Of a DNA stretch of 64,000 bases, positions 39,894 to 48,924 are shown one piece after another; within the stretch, counting starts at the first letter, position 1; every line of letters starts with the position of its first letter. A program made the translations under genes and the position numbers. This stretch comes from an uncultured Acidobacteriota bacterium (GTDB lineage Bacteria; Acidobacteriota; UBA6911; CAINFC01): assembly GCA_964617125.1 (NCBI GenBank), contig CAZTVS010000004.1, positions 12,196 through 76,195 of the forward strand, given 5' to 3'. The notes under the pieces were generated by a model, which was given only the letters and a program-made list of their open reading frames with translations, searched no databases and had not been told where the DNA came from.

Positions 39894-40871
39894 ATGAGAT
39901 CCTCTGCGCTGGTGACCGGCGCTGCCGGCTTTCTCGGGGCCAATCTGGCCTTCCGCCTGGTGGACGAGGGAGTGGAAACCCATTTGCTGATCCGTCCCGC
40001 TGCCAATCCCTGGCGTCTGCGGAAGATCGGTAAGGCGGAGCTGCACGAGATCGATCTTTGCGATGCCCGGGCCGTGGATTCACTGATCCGGAAGGTGCGC
40101 CCACAAAGGATTTATCATCTGGCGACCCACGGTGCCTATTCTTCCCAGACGGATACCCAGCGTATGATCGATACCAACCTGTCGGGTACCATACACCTTC
40201 TGGAAGCCTGCCGCCGTCAGAAATTCCTATCTTTTGTCTGTGCCGGATCTTCTTCGGAATACGGTTTTCAGGACCATCCGCCCAGGGAAACAAAGGCACT
40301 GGAACCCAATAGCATGTATGCCGTCACCAAAGCCGCCGCTACCCATTTCTGCCGCTACCTGGCGAGACGGGAGTCCCTGCCCGTTGCTGTCCTGCGCCTT
40401 TATTCCATCTACGGCCCATGGGAGGAACCGACTCGCCTGATGCCGACGCTGGTCCTGCATGCCATGGAGGGAAAGCTTCCGCCGCTGGTTCATCCGGATA
40501 CGGCCAGAGATTTCGTTTATGTCGACGATGCCGTAGAAGCATTTCTGCAGACAGCTCATGCACAGCATCTTTCTCCGGGGGAGATCTTCAATTTGGGCAG
40601 TGGAAGGCAGGTCACTCTGCGCCGGCTGGTGACACTTGCCTGTCGCCTTTTCCTCGTGAAAGAAGAGCCGCGCTGGGGCGAAATGCCGAATCGCTGTTGG
40701 GACACTCATTCCTGGGTGTCTCAGCCGGAAAAGATCGCGAAAACACTGGGGTGGAAAGCGACTACCGATCTCCGAAGCGGGCTGCGGGCCATGGCGGAAT
40801 GGTTTGCCTCCGATCCCGAACGAAGGAGTTTTTATTGGCAACAAATCAGGAATCGGACCCTCCCCGCCTGA
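39894..40871 (+). CDS. NAD-dependent epimerase/dehydratase (SDR, UDP-sugar 4-epimerase-like)
   Basis: ALVTGAAGFLGANLAFRLVDEG is a Rossmann motif, and YAVTKAA is the YxxxK catalytic motif. Confidence 0.8.
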   Translation: MRSSALVTGAAGFLGANLAFRLVDEGVETHLLIRPAANPWRLRKIGKAELHEIDLCDARAVDSLIRKVRPQRIYHLATHGAYSSQTDTQRMIDTNLSGTIHLLEACRRQKFLSFVCAGSSSEYGFQDHPPRETKALEPNSMYAVTKAAATHFCRYLARRESLPVAVLRLYSIYGPWEEPTRLMPTLVLHAMEGKLPPLVHPDTARDFVYVDDAVEAFLQTAHAQHLSPGEIFNLGSGRQVTLRRLVTLACRLFLVKEEPRWGEMPNRCWDTHSWVSQPEKIAKTLGWKATTDLRSGLRAMAEWFASDPERRSFYWQQIRNRTLPA

Positions 40872-41122
40872 CATGGGACCACTGTAAAACATCCTGGGAG
40901 CGCCGGCATCCCGCCGGCATCCTCTTTCGAATCAGTACAGAATTTTCGAATCGACACAAAATACCGACTTTTTGCCGCTTTGTCATTGATGCGGGTGTCC
41001 CCATTTGACCGGCGTTATGCTTTCTGTTATATTGCGATGACCGTACTACATACAGCCGAAACGATCATGAATGACAAGGTGGCAAAGAAACATACGATAG
41101 GATTTATTATCAGCTGTTGTAG

Positions 41123-41190
41123 GGGCACGGCGTGCCGTGCCCAAAAGAAGCTCCCATCCTACGGTCGCCAGGGCACGGCGCGCCGTGCCC
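41123..41190. repeat. Two copies of a GC-rich ~20-bp palindrome (GGGCACGGCG(T/C)GCCGTGCCC) 48 bp apart in the intergenic region
   Basis: 41123-41142 is GGGCACGGC-GT-GCCGTGCCC. 41171-41190 is a perfect palindrome GGGCACGGCGCGCCGTGCCC. Both lie upstream of the heparinase-like gene. Confidence 0.9.
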
Positions 41191-41229
41191 CTACTCCAAA
41201 TTTTAGAGTCAGTTAAGAAATATCTGAAA

Positions 41230-43242
41230 ATGTTTACTAGAAGGGAATTACTGAATTCGGGAGCTGTCTCGCCGCTTGTGCTTCTCCGGTCGGCTACCCA
41301 GAGTGGCCCGGAACCGGCTGCCGGTAAAACAGCGGTGAAAAAGGGACTTCTCTTCGATGTCGGCGATTTGCCGCGTATACGGCAGACGATCGCTCATCCG
41401 CGTTTCGCTCCCTTGTGGGATTCCTATGTTAAGGCAGATCTGGCGGCAGATAAGATATTTCTTCTCGAGGAACTCCGCCTGAACAATCACGTACGTCATC
41501 TGGCCAGAGCCTGGCAGACTCTGGAACGTTCTTCCTTTGTCTACGCCGTCAACAAAGATCCGGGTCACCTGGAGATTGCCAGGCTGGCGATCGGGAAAAT
41601 ACTGGAATTCAAACGTTGGGATTATTTTCTCGAAGGCGGCAAACACACCATCGCCCTGCAGCGAGCCTCTGAAACCAGCGTGGCCATATCGCTGGCTTGT
41701 GACTGGTTGCGCGATGCCCTCGAAGCGAAAATGCTTTCCGAAATGGAACGTCAACTGGGAGAGAAGGGTGCCCCGGCCTGCTACATGACTCTCTATGGGA
41801 TGAAATATCCCGATCGGGTGCGCGGGTGGGGGTTCGATCCGGAATCGGATTATCCCTATCGTGTCGATCTCAGCCGTTGGCCGTTCATCCTCAACGCCAC
41901 CAATCTCAAGGTCATTCCTATTGCCGGATTGGGCTTGTCCGCCTGCTATCTGCTCGGACGGCATCCGCAGGCGGAGCAGTGGCTGGATATGGCGCGGCAA
42001 AGCGCCAGGGCGTTCGCCACCATGTTCCATGCAGACGGAAGCTATGATGAAGGGGCGGGCTATTGGGGGTATACAACCCTCTACTATTCCCTTTTCCTGG
42101 AAGTGCTTTATCGTACTACCGGAATCGATGAAAGGAATCTGATCAACTATCCCGGAACCATCCGCTATGCCCTGCAGATGTCCATGCCCACGCAAAACGA
42201 TCCGGAAGGGGTGGTGAATTTCAGCGATGCCCGTCGTTTGGGGGAACCCTCCTCTGCCGCCTGGGTGGCCAGGATTCACCGGGATTCGATCGCTCAGTAT
42301 GTGGCCATGAATACCGGCAAGATCGCCCACTATACGGGAATGATCTGGTTCGATCCCCAGCTGCCGGCCAAACCGCCGGGAAAGGACCTGCTCGATGTCC
42401 GTTTTGCCAACGACATCGTCGTATCGCGCTGCGGATGGGGACCGGAAAGCCCGCTGCTGGCCCTGCGCAGCGGCGGACCGGCCAATCACGAACATGCCGA
42501 CCGCAACAGTCTGATTTATTCCGCCTTTGGGCAGCGGCTGCTGCACGATCCTTTTGGGGCCGGATATCACAATCATGTACCGCAATGGCTGCTGCGACAG
42601 ACGGAGGCTCATACAGCCATTCTGATCCATGGAAAAGGGCATCAATATCATGACGGCAAGGAGGGCACCAATTCCTCCTGGGCCTTTGCCCGTATCCTTT
42701 TCTACCAGGCAACGGATAGGTGGATGGTCCTGACCAGCGATGCCTCCGAGCCTTATCAACTGGTCCAGGAGGACGTCAAAAGAGTTTTGCGTTCGGTCCT
42801 CTTCCTCAAACCGGACGTGTTTCTTATCCTGGATCAAATTTCCATGCGTACCTCACCTGCCGCCGTACAGGCCCGATTCCAGGTATTCAATGACGACCGG
42901 CAGGGAAAGGTGTCAACCACGGACGGGACCTTCCTGATCGAGCGTCCCGGCGCGAGTTTGCAGGGAAAGGTATTCTCCGGTGTGCCCGTCAACGTTCGCA
43001 GCGGAAAACTGGCTTTGCCGGAGGATCTGGGTGTCTATCCTTTCGCTGAAGTGAACTCAGGCCCGGCACAGGAGCACGTCCTGCTCACCCTTTGCACGGC
43101 CCAGTCCGGCCATGGACCCCACGGCAAGTGCAGCCTTCGCCAAGACGGCAGTCGCTGGATTTTGGAAGGAAAACACAATCAGACCGATATTCACCTGACC
43201 ATCGATACGGCGGGAGAAATACCCGTTTGCAAACCATCATGA
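41230..43242 (+). CDS. Heparinase II/III-like protein (polysaccharide lyase-like), Tat-secreted
   Basis: The start at 41230 (MFTRRELLNSGAV) is Tat-like. The C-terminal GPANHEHADRNSLIYSAFGQRLLHDPF matches the heparinase II/III His-rich motif. The N-terminus looks like an alpha/alpha toroid. Confidence 0.65.
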   Translation: MFTRRELLNSGAVSPLVLLRSATQSGPEPAAGKTAVKKGLLFDVGDLPRIRQTIAHPRFAPLWDSYVKADLAADKIFLLEELRLNNHVRHLARAWQTLERSSFVYAVNKDPGHLEIARLAIGKILEFKRWDYFLEGGKHTIALQRASETSVAISLACDWLRDALEAKMLSEMERQLGEKGAPACYMTLYGMKYPDRVRGWGFDPESDYPYRVDLSRWPFILNATNLKVIPIAGLGLSACYLLGRHPQAEQWLDMARQSARAFATMFHADGSYDEGAGYWGYTTLYYSLFLEVLYRTTGIDERNLINYPGTIRYALQMSMPTQNDPEGVVNFSDARRLGEPSSAAWVARIHRDSIAQYVAMNTGKIAHYTGMIWFDPQLPAKPPGKDLLDVRFANDIVVSRCGWGPESPLLALRSGGPANHEHADRNSLIYSAFGQRLLHDPFGAGYHNHVPQWLLRQTEAHTAILIHGKGHQYHDGKEGTNSSWAFARILFYQATDRWMVLTSDASEPYQLVQEDVKRVLRSVLFLKPDVFLILDQISMRTSPAAVQARFQVFNDDRQGKVSTTDGTFLIERPGASLQGKVFSGVPVNVRSGKLALPEDLGVYPFAEVNSGPAQEHVLLTLCTAQSGHGPHGKCSLRQDGSRWILEGKHNQTDIHLTIDTAGEIPVCKPS

Positions 43243-44486
43243 AAATCTCCGATCAACTTTTTGAAAAGGCCTGTGCCCTCATACCCTGGGGTACGCAGAC
43301 GAATGCCAAACGTCCGATCCCCTTTTTCCAGGAGACCATGCCGAAATTCATCGAACGCGGCAAGGGCTGCCGCCTCTGGGACATGGAGGGGAAGGAATAC
43401 ATCGATTTCCGCCTGGCCCTTGGTCCGGTGACCCTAGGCTACGGCTACGATGAAGTGGATGATGCCGTGCGGGAACAGATGCAGAAGGGCGTGCTCTTCA
43501 GCATGGCCAGCCCACGCGAGGTGGAACTGGCCGAGATGATCTGCTCGCTGGTGCCCAATGCCGACATGGTACGTTTCATGAAAACGGGCGAAGACGCCAA
43601 CCTCAGCAACTTGCGGCTCGCCCGGGCCTATACCCGAAGAGATATGGTCCTGATGACCGGGTATCACGGCTATTCGGACTGGTTTGCCACCGAGGACAGC
43701 CCGAACAACGGCGTACCGGAAATTCTGAAGGATTGTGTGCGGATGATTCCCTGGGGCGACCAGGAGGCAGCGGAAAAACTGGTGCGGCAATACGGGGACC
43801 GCATCGCCTGCATCCTTTCCATCCCTTACGATTTTGGCGAAGATACCAGCGGGTCGTATATTCGATTCCTGCGCAAGCTTACGCGGGAAAACGGAATTCT
43901 TCTGGTGTTGGATGAAATTCTGACCGGCTTTCGCCTGGCTCTCGGAGGGGCGCAGGAATATTTCGGCGTCGATGCCGATCTGGCCGGCTACGCCAAGGCG
44001 ATTGCCAATGGATATCCCCTTTCGACCTATGTCGGCCGGCGCGAGATCATGAAGACCCTGGACCGATTCAAGATGACTACCACCTATGCCGGAGAAACGC
44101 TGTCTGTGGCCGCTGCCATCTCGACTTTGGGGATCATGAAACGGGAGAAGGTACACGAGCATATATGGTCGATGGGCAAGCTGCTGATGCATTACCTGGA
44201 CGACATGGCCAGGGAAATCGGCATCGAAGGAAAGGCCGTGGGTTTACCGCCGGCACCATGGCTGAAATTTACCACCCCGGACGAGGAGTTCAATCAGCGG
44301 CTGGTTTATCTGTGGCAGCGAGAGATGTACCGGGAAGGCATCTTTGCCAACATTCGCTGGTTCCTTTGCTATTCCCATAAACAAAGCGACATTCAGGAGG
44401 CCGCCGATAAGGCACTCCGGGCACTGCGCCATGCCCTGGAATGCGAACCCAAAGAACGGGACAAGGCGAAACCCTTTTACTGGTGA
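43239..44486 (+). CDS. Class-III (omega) aminotransferase, glutamate-1-semialdehyde aminomutase-like
   Basis: The start ATG at 43239 overlaps the heparinase stop (ATGA). LVLDEILTGFRLALGGAQEYFGV is the PLP-lysine region (AT-III). Confidence 0.75.
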   Translation: MKISDQLFEKACALIPWGTQTNAKRPIPFFQETMPKFIERGKGCRLWDMEGKEYIDFRLALGPVTLGYGYDEVDDAVREQMQKGVLFSMASPREVELAEMICSLVPNADMVRFMKTGEDANLSNLRLARAYTRRDMVLMTGYHGYSDWFATEDSPNNGVPEILKDCVRMIPWGDQEAAEKLVRQYGDRIACILSIPYDFGEDTSGSYIRFLRKLTRENGILLVLDEILTGFRLALGGAQEYFGVDADLAGYAKAIANGYPLSTYVGRREIMKTLDRFKMTTTYAGETLSVAAAISTLGIMKREKVHEHIWSMGKLLMHYLDDMAREIGIEGKAVGLPPAPWLKFTTPDEEFNQRLVYLWQREMYREGIFANIRWFLCYSHKQSDIQEAADKALRALRHALECEPKERDKAKPFYW

Positions 44487-44488
44487 TT

Positions 44489-46165
44489 ATGAGCGAACGG
44501 ATCTATATCGACAGCTTTGCCACAGTAGGCAAGATCGGCCGCAAGGATGTGGAGACGGAATATTCCACCGAGACCCTGCTGGCGGAGATGGAGTGGTGCG
44601 GTATCCATGGGGCTTTGGTCTCGCACGGGGCAGGGAAGGAATACGATCCCGCTTACGGCAATCGCATGCTGCTGCGGGAATTGGCCAAGAGCCCGCGCCT
44701 GCTGGGGGTCTGGTCGGTGATGCCTCACCAGACGGGAGAGATGCCTGCACCCAAGGATATCCTTGCCGAGATGAAGGACAACGGTATTTGTGCCGCCAAG
44801 ATGTACCCCCGGTTCCAGCACTACTTTTTTGACGAGTACACCTGCGGGCCGTTGCTGGCGGAGCTGGAAGATCATCAGATTCCCCTTCTGCTCGACGGCG
44901 GACATGCCTATGGACCGGATGTCCTCGAGCCTTCCAATCAGGTGCTGCTCACGGAACTCGACTCGATGTTGACCCTGCACCCTCAACTCCCCGTTCTGCT
45001 GCAGGGAGCCCGCTGGGATGCGAGCCGCTACCTGATTGCCCTCATGTCCAAGCATGCAAATCTCCATCTGGAATTCTCCAGCCATCAGGGAAACCGTGCC
45101 CTGGAAGATTTTGTCGCCCGATTCGGTGCCCGACGCCTTCTCTTCGGCAGCGGCGCCCTGGCCAAATCTCCCGGAGCGGCCAAGGCATTGATCGATTATT
45201 CGGTCCTGAGTCCTGAGGCCAAAGCGCTCATTGCCGGCGGGAATCTGGCCCGGCTGCTCCGTCTGCCGGCAATTCCGGCCGGGTACAAGAAGAAAAAAAA
45301 CAACGATCCGATCCTGGATCTCTCGAAAGCAGGAAAACCCCTGAAGGACATTGCGGTCATTGATGCCCATGCCCACATCTCCCATGAGGGCGCCTCCGGT
45401 GTCGGTTTCATGTACCAGCCCTTTTCGGATGCACCAAGCATGAAGGAAAGGGCGCGGACCATGGGAATCGATAAGGTATGTATCAGTTCCTGGCTCGGTC
45501 TCTGGTGCGACTATGAGGAAGGTAATCGAATCGTACATGACGCCGTGACCCGTTTTCCGAAATTCTATTGCGGCTATGCCACACTGCAGCCGCAATACAT
45601 CAAGGATTGGCCGGCGGAACTGAAAAGGGCCCATGAGGAATTCGGTTTCAAGGGGATCAAGCCCTACCAACCGCTGACCGGCCTGGCCTATAACGACAAG
45701 CTTTGGGACCCGTGGTACGAATATGCCGACCGCATGAGGGCTTTCGCCCTGATGCACCCCTCCCCGAATTTTGCGGCGGAAATCGACGACCTGGCCGGCC
45801 GCTATCCCAACATCATGTTCCTTTTAGCCCACAGCGGCGGCTCCTTCCGGGACGCACGCATCGCTATCGAAGCGGCCCAACGGCATGCCAATATCGTTCT
45901 GGAGATCACCTTGACCTCGGTCACCTATCGGATCATCGAATTCATGGTTCAGCACCTCGGGGCAGAACGGGTGGTGTTCGGCACGGACCAGCCGATGCGC
46001 GATCCGATCCCTCAATTCGGATGGGTGACCTATTGCCATTGCACGCCTGAAGAGAAGAGAAAAATCCTCGGAGAGAACATGCAGAAAATCCTCCGCCGGG
46101 TTCGCTCCCTGGCACCGCGAAAGAGAACGGCAACTTCGAACCCCTTGCCCCAATCCGGCCGATGA
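44489..46165 (+). CDS. Tandem-duplicated amidohydrolase-2 (metal-dependent TIM-barrel hydrolase) fusion protein
   Basis: The likely start (MSERIYID…) is 3 nt after the upstream stop. The second domain begins near IAVIDAHAHISHEG and is preceded by a KKKKNND linker. Each half resembles Amidohydro_2. Confidence 0.6.
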   Translation: MSERIYIDSFATVGKIGRKDVETEYSTETLLAEMEWCGIHGALVSHGAGKEYDPAYGNRMLLRELAKSPRLLGVWSVMPHQTGEMPAPKDILAEMKDNGICAAKMYPRFQHYFFDEYTCGPLLAELEDHQIPLLLDGGHAYGPDVLEPSNQVLLTELDSMLTLHPQLPVLLQGARWDASRYLIALMSKHANLHLEFSSHQGNRALEDFVARFGARRLLFGSGALAKSPGAAKALIDYSVLSPEAKALIAGGNLARLLRLPAIPAGYKKKKNNDPILDLSKAGKPLKDIAVIDAHAHISHEGASGVGFMYQPFSDAPSMKERARTMGIDKVCISSWLGLWCDYEEGNRIVHDAVTRFPKFYCGYATLQPQYIKDWPAELKRAHEEFGFKGIKPYQPLTGLAYNDKLWDPWYEYADRMRAFALMHPSPNFAAEIDDLAGRYPNIMFLLAHSGGSFRDARIAIEAAQRHANIVLEITLTSVTYRIIEFMVQHLGAERVVFGTDQPMRDPIPQFGWVTYCHCTPEEKRKILGENMQKILRRVRSLAPRKRTATSNPLPQSGR

Positions 46166-48003
46166 ATTTCAATACCGCCAACCTGACCGATTATCTGCTG
46201 ATCGGGCTCTACTTCATCATCATCATCTGGGTCGGCATCTTTTCTTCGAAAAAGAACAAGAACACCGACGATTATTTCAAAGGCGGCGGCAAGATCCCGT
46301 GGGTGCTGGCCGGCCTGTCCAACTGGGTTTCCGGCTTTTCGGCGTTCATGTTCGTAGCTGCCGCCGGATACACCTATGTCAACGGAGTCGGAGCCATCCC
46401 CATCTTCACCTCCGCTTTCTGGGCTTGCCTGGTCGGCTACTGGTATTTTGCCAAGATGTGGCGCCGATCGCGCATCGATACTCCTTTACAGTTCCTGACC
46501 CGGCGATTTTCGCCCTCCACCACCTACTTCTATTCGGTGACCGCCATCATCCCGCAAACAGTGGGCATCGGACAGGGACTCTACATCCTCTGTATCTTTG
46601 TCTCTTCGGCCCTCGGTTTCAGTGAACAGTCTTTCTCCTGGAACGGGATGCAGATCAGCGGTTTTCAACTTTCTATTCTTCTGGTCGGTTCCGTCATGGT
46701 CCTCTATACGGTCATCGGAGGCTTCTGGGCGGCCGTGCTCTCCGATGCGGTGCAATCGGTCATCATCGTGGTGATGACCCTGATCGTTTTCCCCGTTTCC
46801 TACCTGTATCTGGGACAGGGAAGCGGATTCTACGCCGGTTTTGTACGACTGTGGCAGGAGGCGCCGGAAGGGTATTTCCGGCTCACCGGAGAGACGGGCA
46901 ATCCTCTGTTTCTACTCTGTTACCTGATCAACACCCTGCTCGGTTACAATGTGGCCTGGGCTCAGGTGCAGCGCTATCATAGCGTGGCGGATGAGCGAGG
47001 GGCCAAGAAAATGGCCCTACTCTGCGCTATTCTTTTCCTGTTGGGTCCCCTCCTGTGGATACTGCCGGTGATGGCCTCGCGCATCATCTTCCCGGACATC
47101 AACAGCCTGTGGCCGTCCCTGGCCGTTCCCGCGGAAGCATCGTTTGTGAGCCTGGCCCTGCTTCTGTTGCCTCACGGTATGATCGGATTCGTCATTTCCG
47201 CCATCCTTTCGGCTACCCTGGGACAGGCCAACGATGCCTTTAACTGGCTGGCGGCCACAACCACCCATGATGTCTATGTGCCTTTGCATAAACGCTATGC
47301 CCGCTCGGAACCGTCGGTGAGCCGGCAGTTGAACGTTGCCCGTCTTACGATGCTGATCATCGGTGTTCTGGGTGTCACTGTAGCCTGGTATATTCCCCGT
47401 TTTGGCGGGGCTTTCCAATTCGCTTTACATTATTACTCCCTGGTGGCCGCCTTTTCCATGCCGGTGGCCCTGGGTATGATGTATCGGAAAACCCCCTGGT
47501 GGTCAGGGATCGCCTCCTGCTCGGCGGCCATTCTCGTCGCCGTGACCTTGATGGTATTCGGCGTTTGGAAAGAATATCCGTTTATCCGGAACATACTGAG
47601 CGAATCGATCGTCTCCTCTCTGGTCTTTTTCGGTTCGGCCTTCTGGTTTCGCCCCGAGGATCCCCGCCATGCTGAACTCGCCCGTCTCGACGCCGATTTG
47701 AAGATACCGGTCCTGAAAACCGAAGATGCGTACGATCCGGGAGCCATGGAGGTATATCGCCTCCTCGGCCAGGTGTGTTGCCTGCTCGGTGTCGTTCTGA
47801 CGGCTTGTATGTTTCTGCCGGGCTCCCGGTTGGCACCGGCTTCCATCAACTTGCTGGCGGGAGCTATGCTTCTGGGATTGGGGATAGCCCTGCTATGGTA
47901 CAGTCATAAGACAATCGTTTCTCAATCCGATAAGAGGAAGAATGACCATGGGCGACAAGGTGCGAGTCACCACGGTGCAGATGCCGGCCCTGCTGCAGGG
48001 TAA
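46162..48003 (+). CDS. Sodium:solute symporter (SSS) family transporter
   Basis: 613 aa with about 13-14 TM segments. SSS-like N-terminus (IGLYFIIIIWVGIFSSKK…DYFKGGGKIPWVLAGLS). Confidence 0.8.
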   Translation: MNFNTANLTDYLLIGLYFIIIIWVGIFSSKKNKNTDDYFKGGGKIPWVLAGLSNWVSGFSAFMFVAAAGYTYVNGVGAIPIFTSAFWACLVGYWYFAKMWRRSRIDTPLQFLTRRFSPSTTYFYSVTAIIPQTVGIGQGLYILCIFVSSALGFSEQSFSWNGMQISGFQLSILLVGSVMVLYTVIGGFWAAVLSDAVQSVIIVVMTLIVFPVSYLYLGQGSGFYAGFVRLWQEAPEGYFRLTGETGNPLFLLCYLINTLLGYNVAWAQVQRYHSVADERGAKKMALLCAILFLLGPLLWILPVMASRIIFPDINSLWPSLAVPAEASFVSLALLLLPHGMIGFVISAILSATLGQANDAFNWLAATTTHDVYVPLHKRYARSEPSVSRQLNVARLTMLIIGVLGVTVAWYIPRFGGAFQFALHYYSLVAAFSMPVALGMMYRKTPWWSGIASCSAAILVAVTLMVFGVWKEYPFIRNILSESIVSSLVFFGSAFWFRPEDPRHAELARLDADLKIPVLKTEDAYDPGAMEVYRLLGQVCCLLGVVLTACMFLPGSRLAPASINLLAGAMLLGLGIALLWYSHKTIVSQSDKRKNDHGRQGASHHGADAGPAAG

Positions 48004-48922
48004 ATCCATAGCGGAAAAGAAGAAAAACAATCATGCCTTCATCCGGCAGTATCTGGAGGAAGCGGGCAGGGCGTCTTCCGATATCGTTCTGTTCGGCGAG
48101 TATGCCAATCTATGGCATCGTGGAACCAGCGACCGGAAGAAGGATTATGTCCCGGAAACACTGCAGGCGCCGGTCGTCGGGATGGTTTCCTCCTATGCCA
48201 AACGATATGGCATGAACGTGATCTTTCCCATGCTGGCAACCATCGACGATGTTCCGGGCAACTATTGTGTAATCTTTGACAGGCAGGGGGCAATTCTGGG
48301 GGGCTATCGCAAGAGCCATCCGACCGTTCCCGAGCAGAAACTGGGGATGGTGCCAGGCGACAAGCTCACGGTTTTTACCCTGGATTGCATGCGTATCGGT
48401 ATTATGACCTGCATGGACATTGAATATCCGGAAGTGGCGATGGCTCTCATGCTGCAGGGTGCGGAGCTGCTCGCTTTTCCGCATGTACAGGGCAGTTGGG
48501 GGGACATCGAATGGGAAATCCGTTATCGCGCCCGGGCCATCGATACCGGGCTCTTTCTGGTCTCCTCCAGCTACGGTTATGAGGAAGGGGATTGGATGCC
48601 GGGGAAGATGACCGGCCGGAGCGGCATTGTAGGCAAGGATGGAACCATTCTGGCGGAAATGGGGCATCGCATCGGAACCTTGACCATGGATCTGGATCCG
48701 ATGCAAAAACGGATTACTCCGTTCTTTTTCAATCAGAAACTGGATCGGACACCGGCGGTTTGTGCTTCCCGTCGTCCCGAGCTGTATGGGGTTCTGACAG
48801 ATACCAGTGTGCGCCAGGCCGCCTGGAAACAAGTGGAATCTCTGATCCATCCCAGGAAGCAATCCGGCCGGATAACAGCCGGAAACCCATCCAAAACGAA
48901 GAACAGGTCAAGAAGAGCGTAA
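47942..48922 (+). CDS. Carbon-nitrogen hydrolase (nitrilase/amidase superfamily)
   Basis: VRVTTVQMPA…IVLFGEYAN (catalytic E region), plus a conserved Cys region (GIMTCMDIEYPE). The start overlaps the transporter's 3' end. Confidence 0.75.
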   Translation: MTMGDKVRVTTVQMPALLQGKSIAEKKKNNHAFIRQYLEEAGRASSDIVLFGEYANLWHRGTSDRKKDYVPETLQAPVVGMVSSYAKRYGMNVIFPMLATIDDVPGNYCVIFDRQGAILGGYRKSHPTVPEQKLGMVPGDKLTVFTLDCMRIGIMTCMDIEYPEVAMALMLQGAELLAFPHVQGSWGDIEWEIRYRARAIDTGLFLVSSSYGYEEGDWMPGKMTGRSGIVGKDGTILAEMGHRIGTLTMDLDPMQKRITPFFFNQKLDRTPAVCASRRPELYGVLTDTSVRQAAWKQVESLIHPRKQSGRITAGNPSKTKNRSRRA

Positions 48923-48924
48923 AG

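Noticed and set aside
43092-43238. 5' extension of the aminotransferase ORF (MHGPVRPWTPRQ…)
   Set aside because: It overlaps the heparinase-like gene's 3' end and is Pro/Arg-rich. The conserved aminotransferase N-terminus begins at the ATG at 43239, which forms an ATGA overlap with the upstream stop.
48592-48924. 5' extension of the BNR-sialidase ORF to 48592
   Set aside because: It overlaps the CN-hydrolase gene out of frame. A canonical signal-peptide start (MKKLGVFAIL…) exists at 48925 right after the CN-hydrolase stop.
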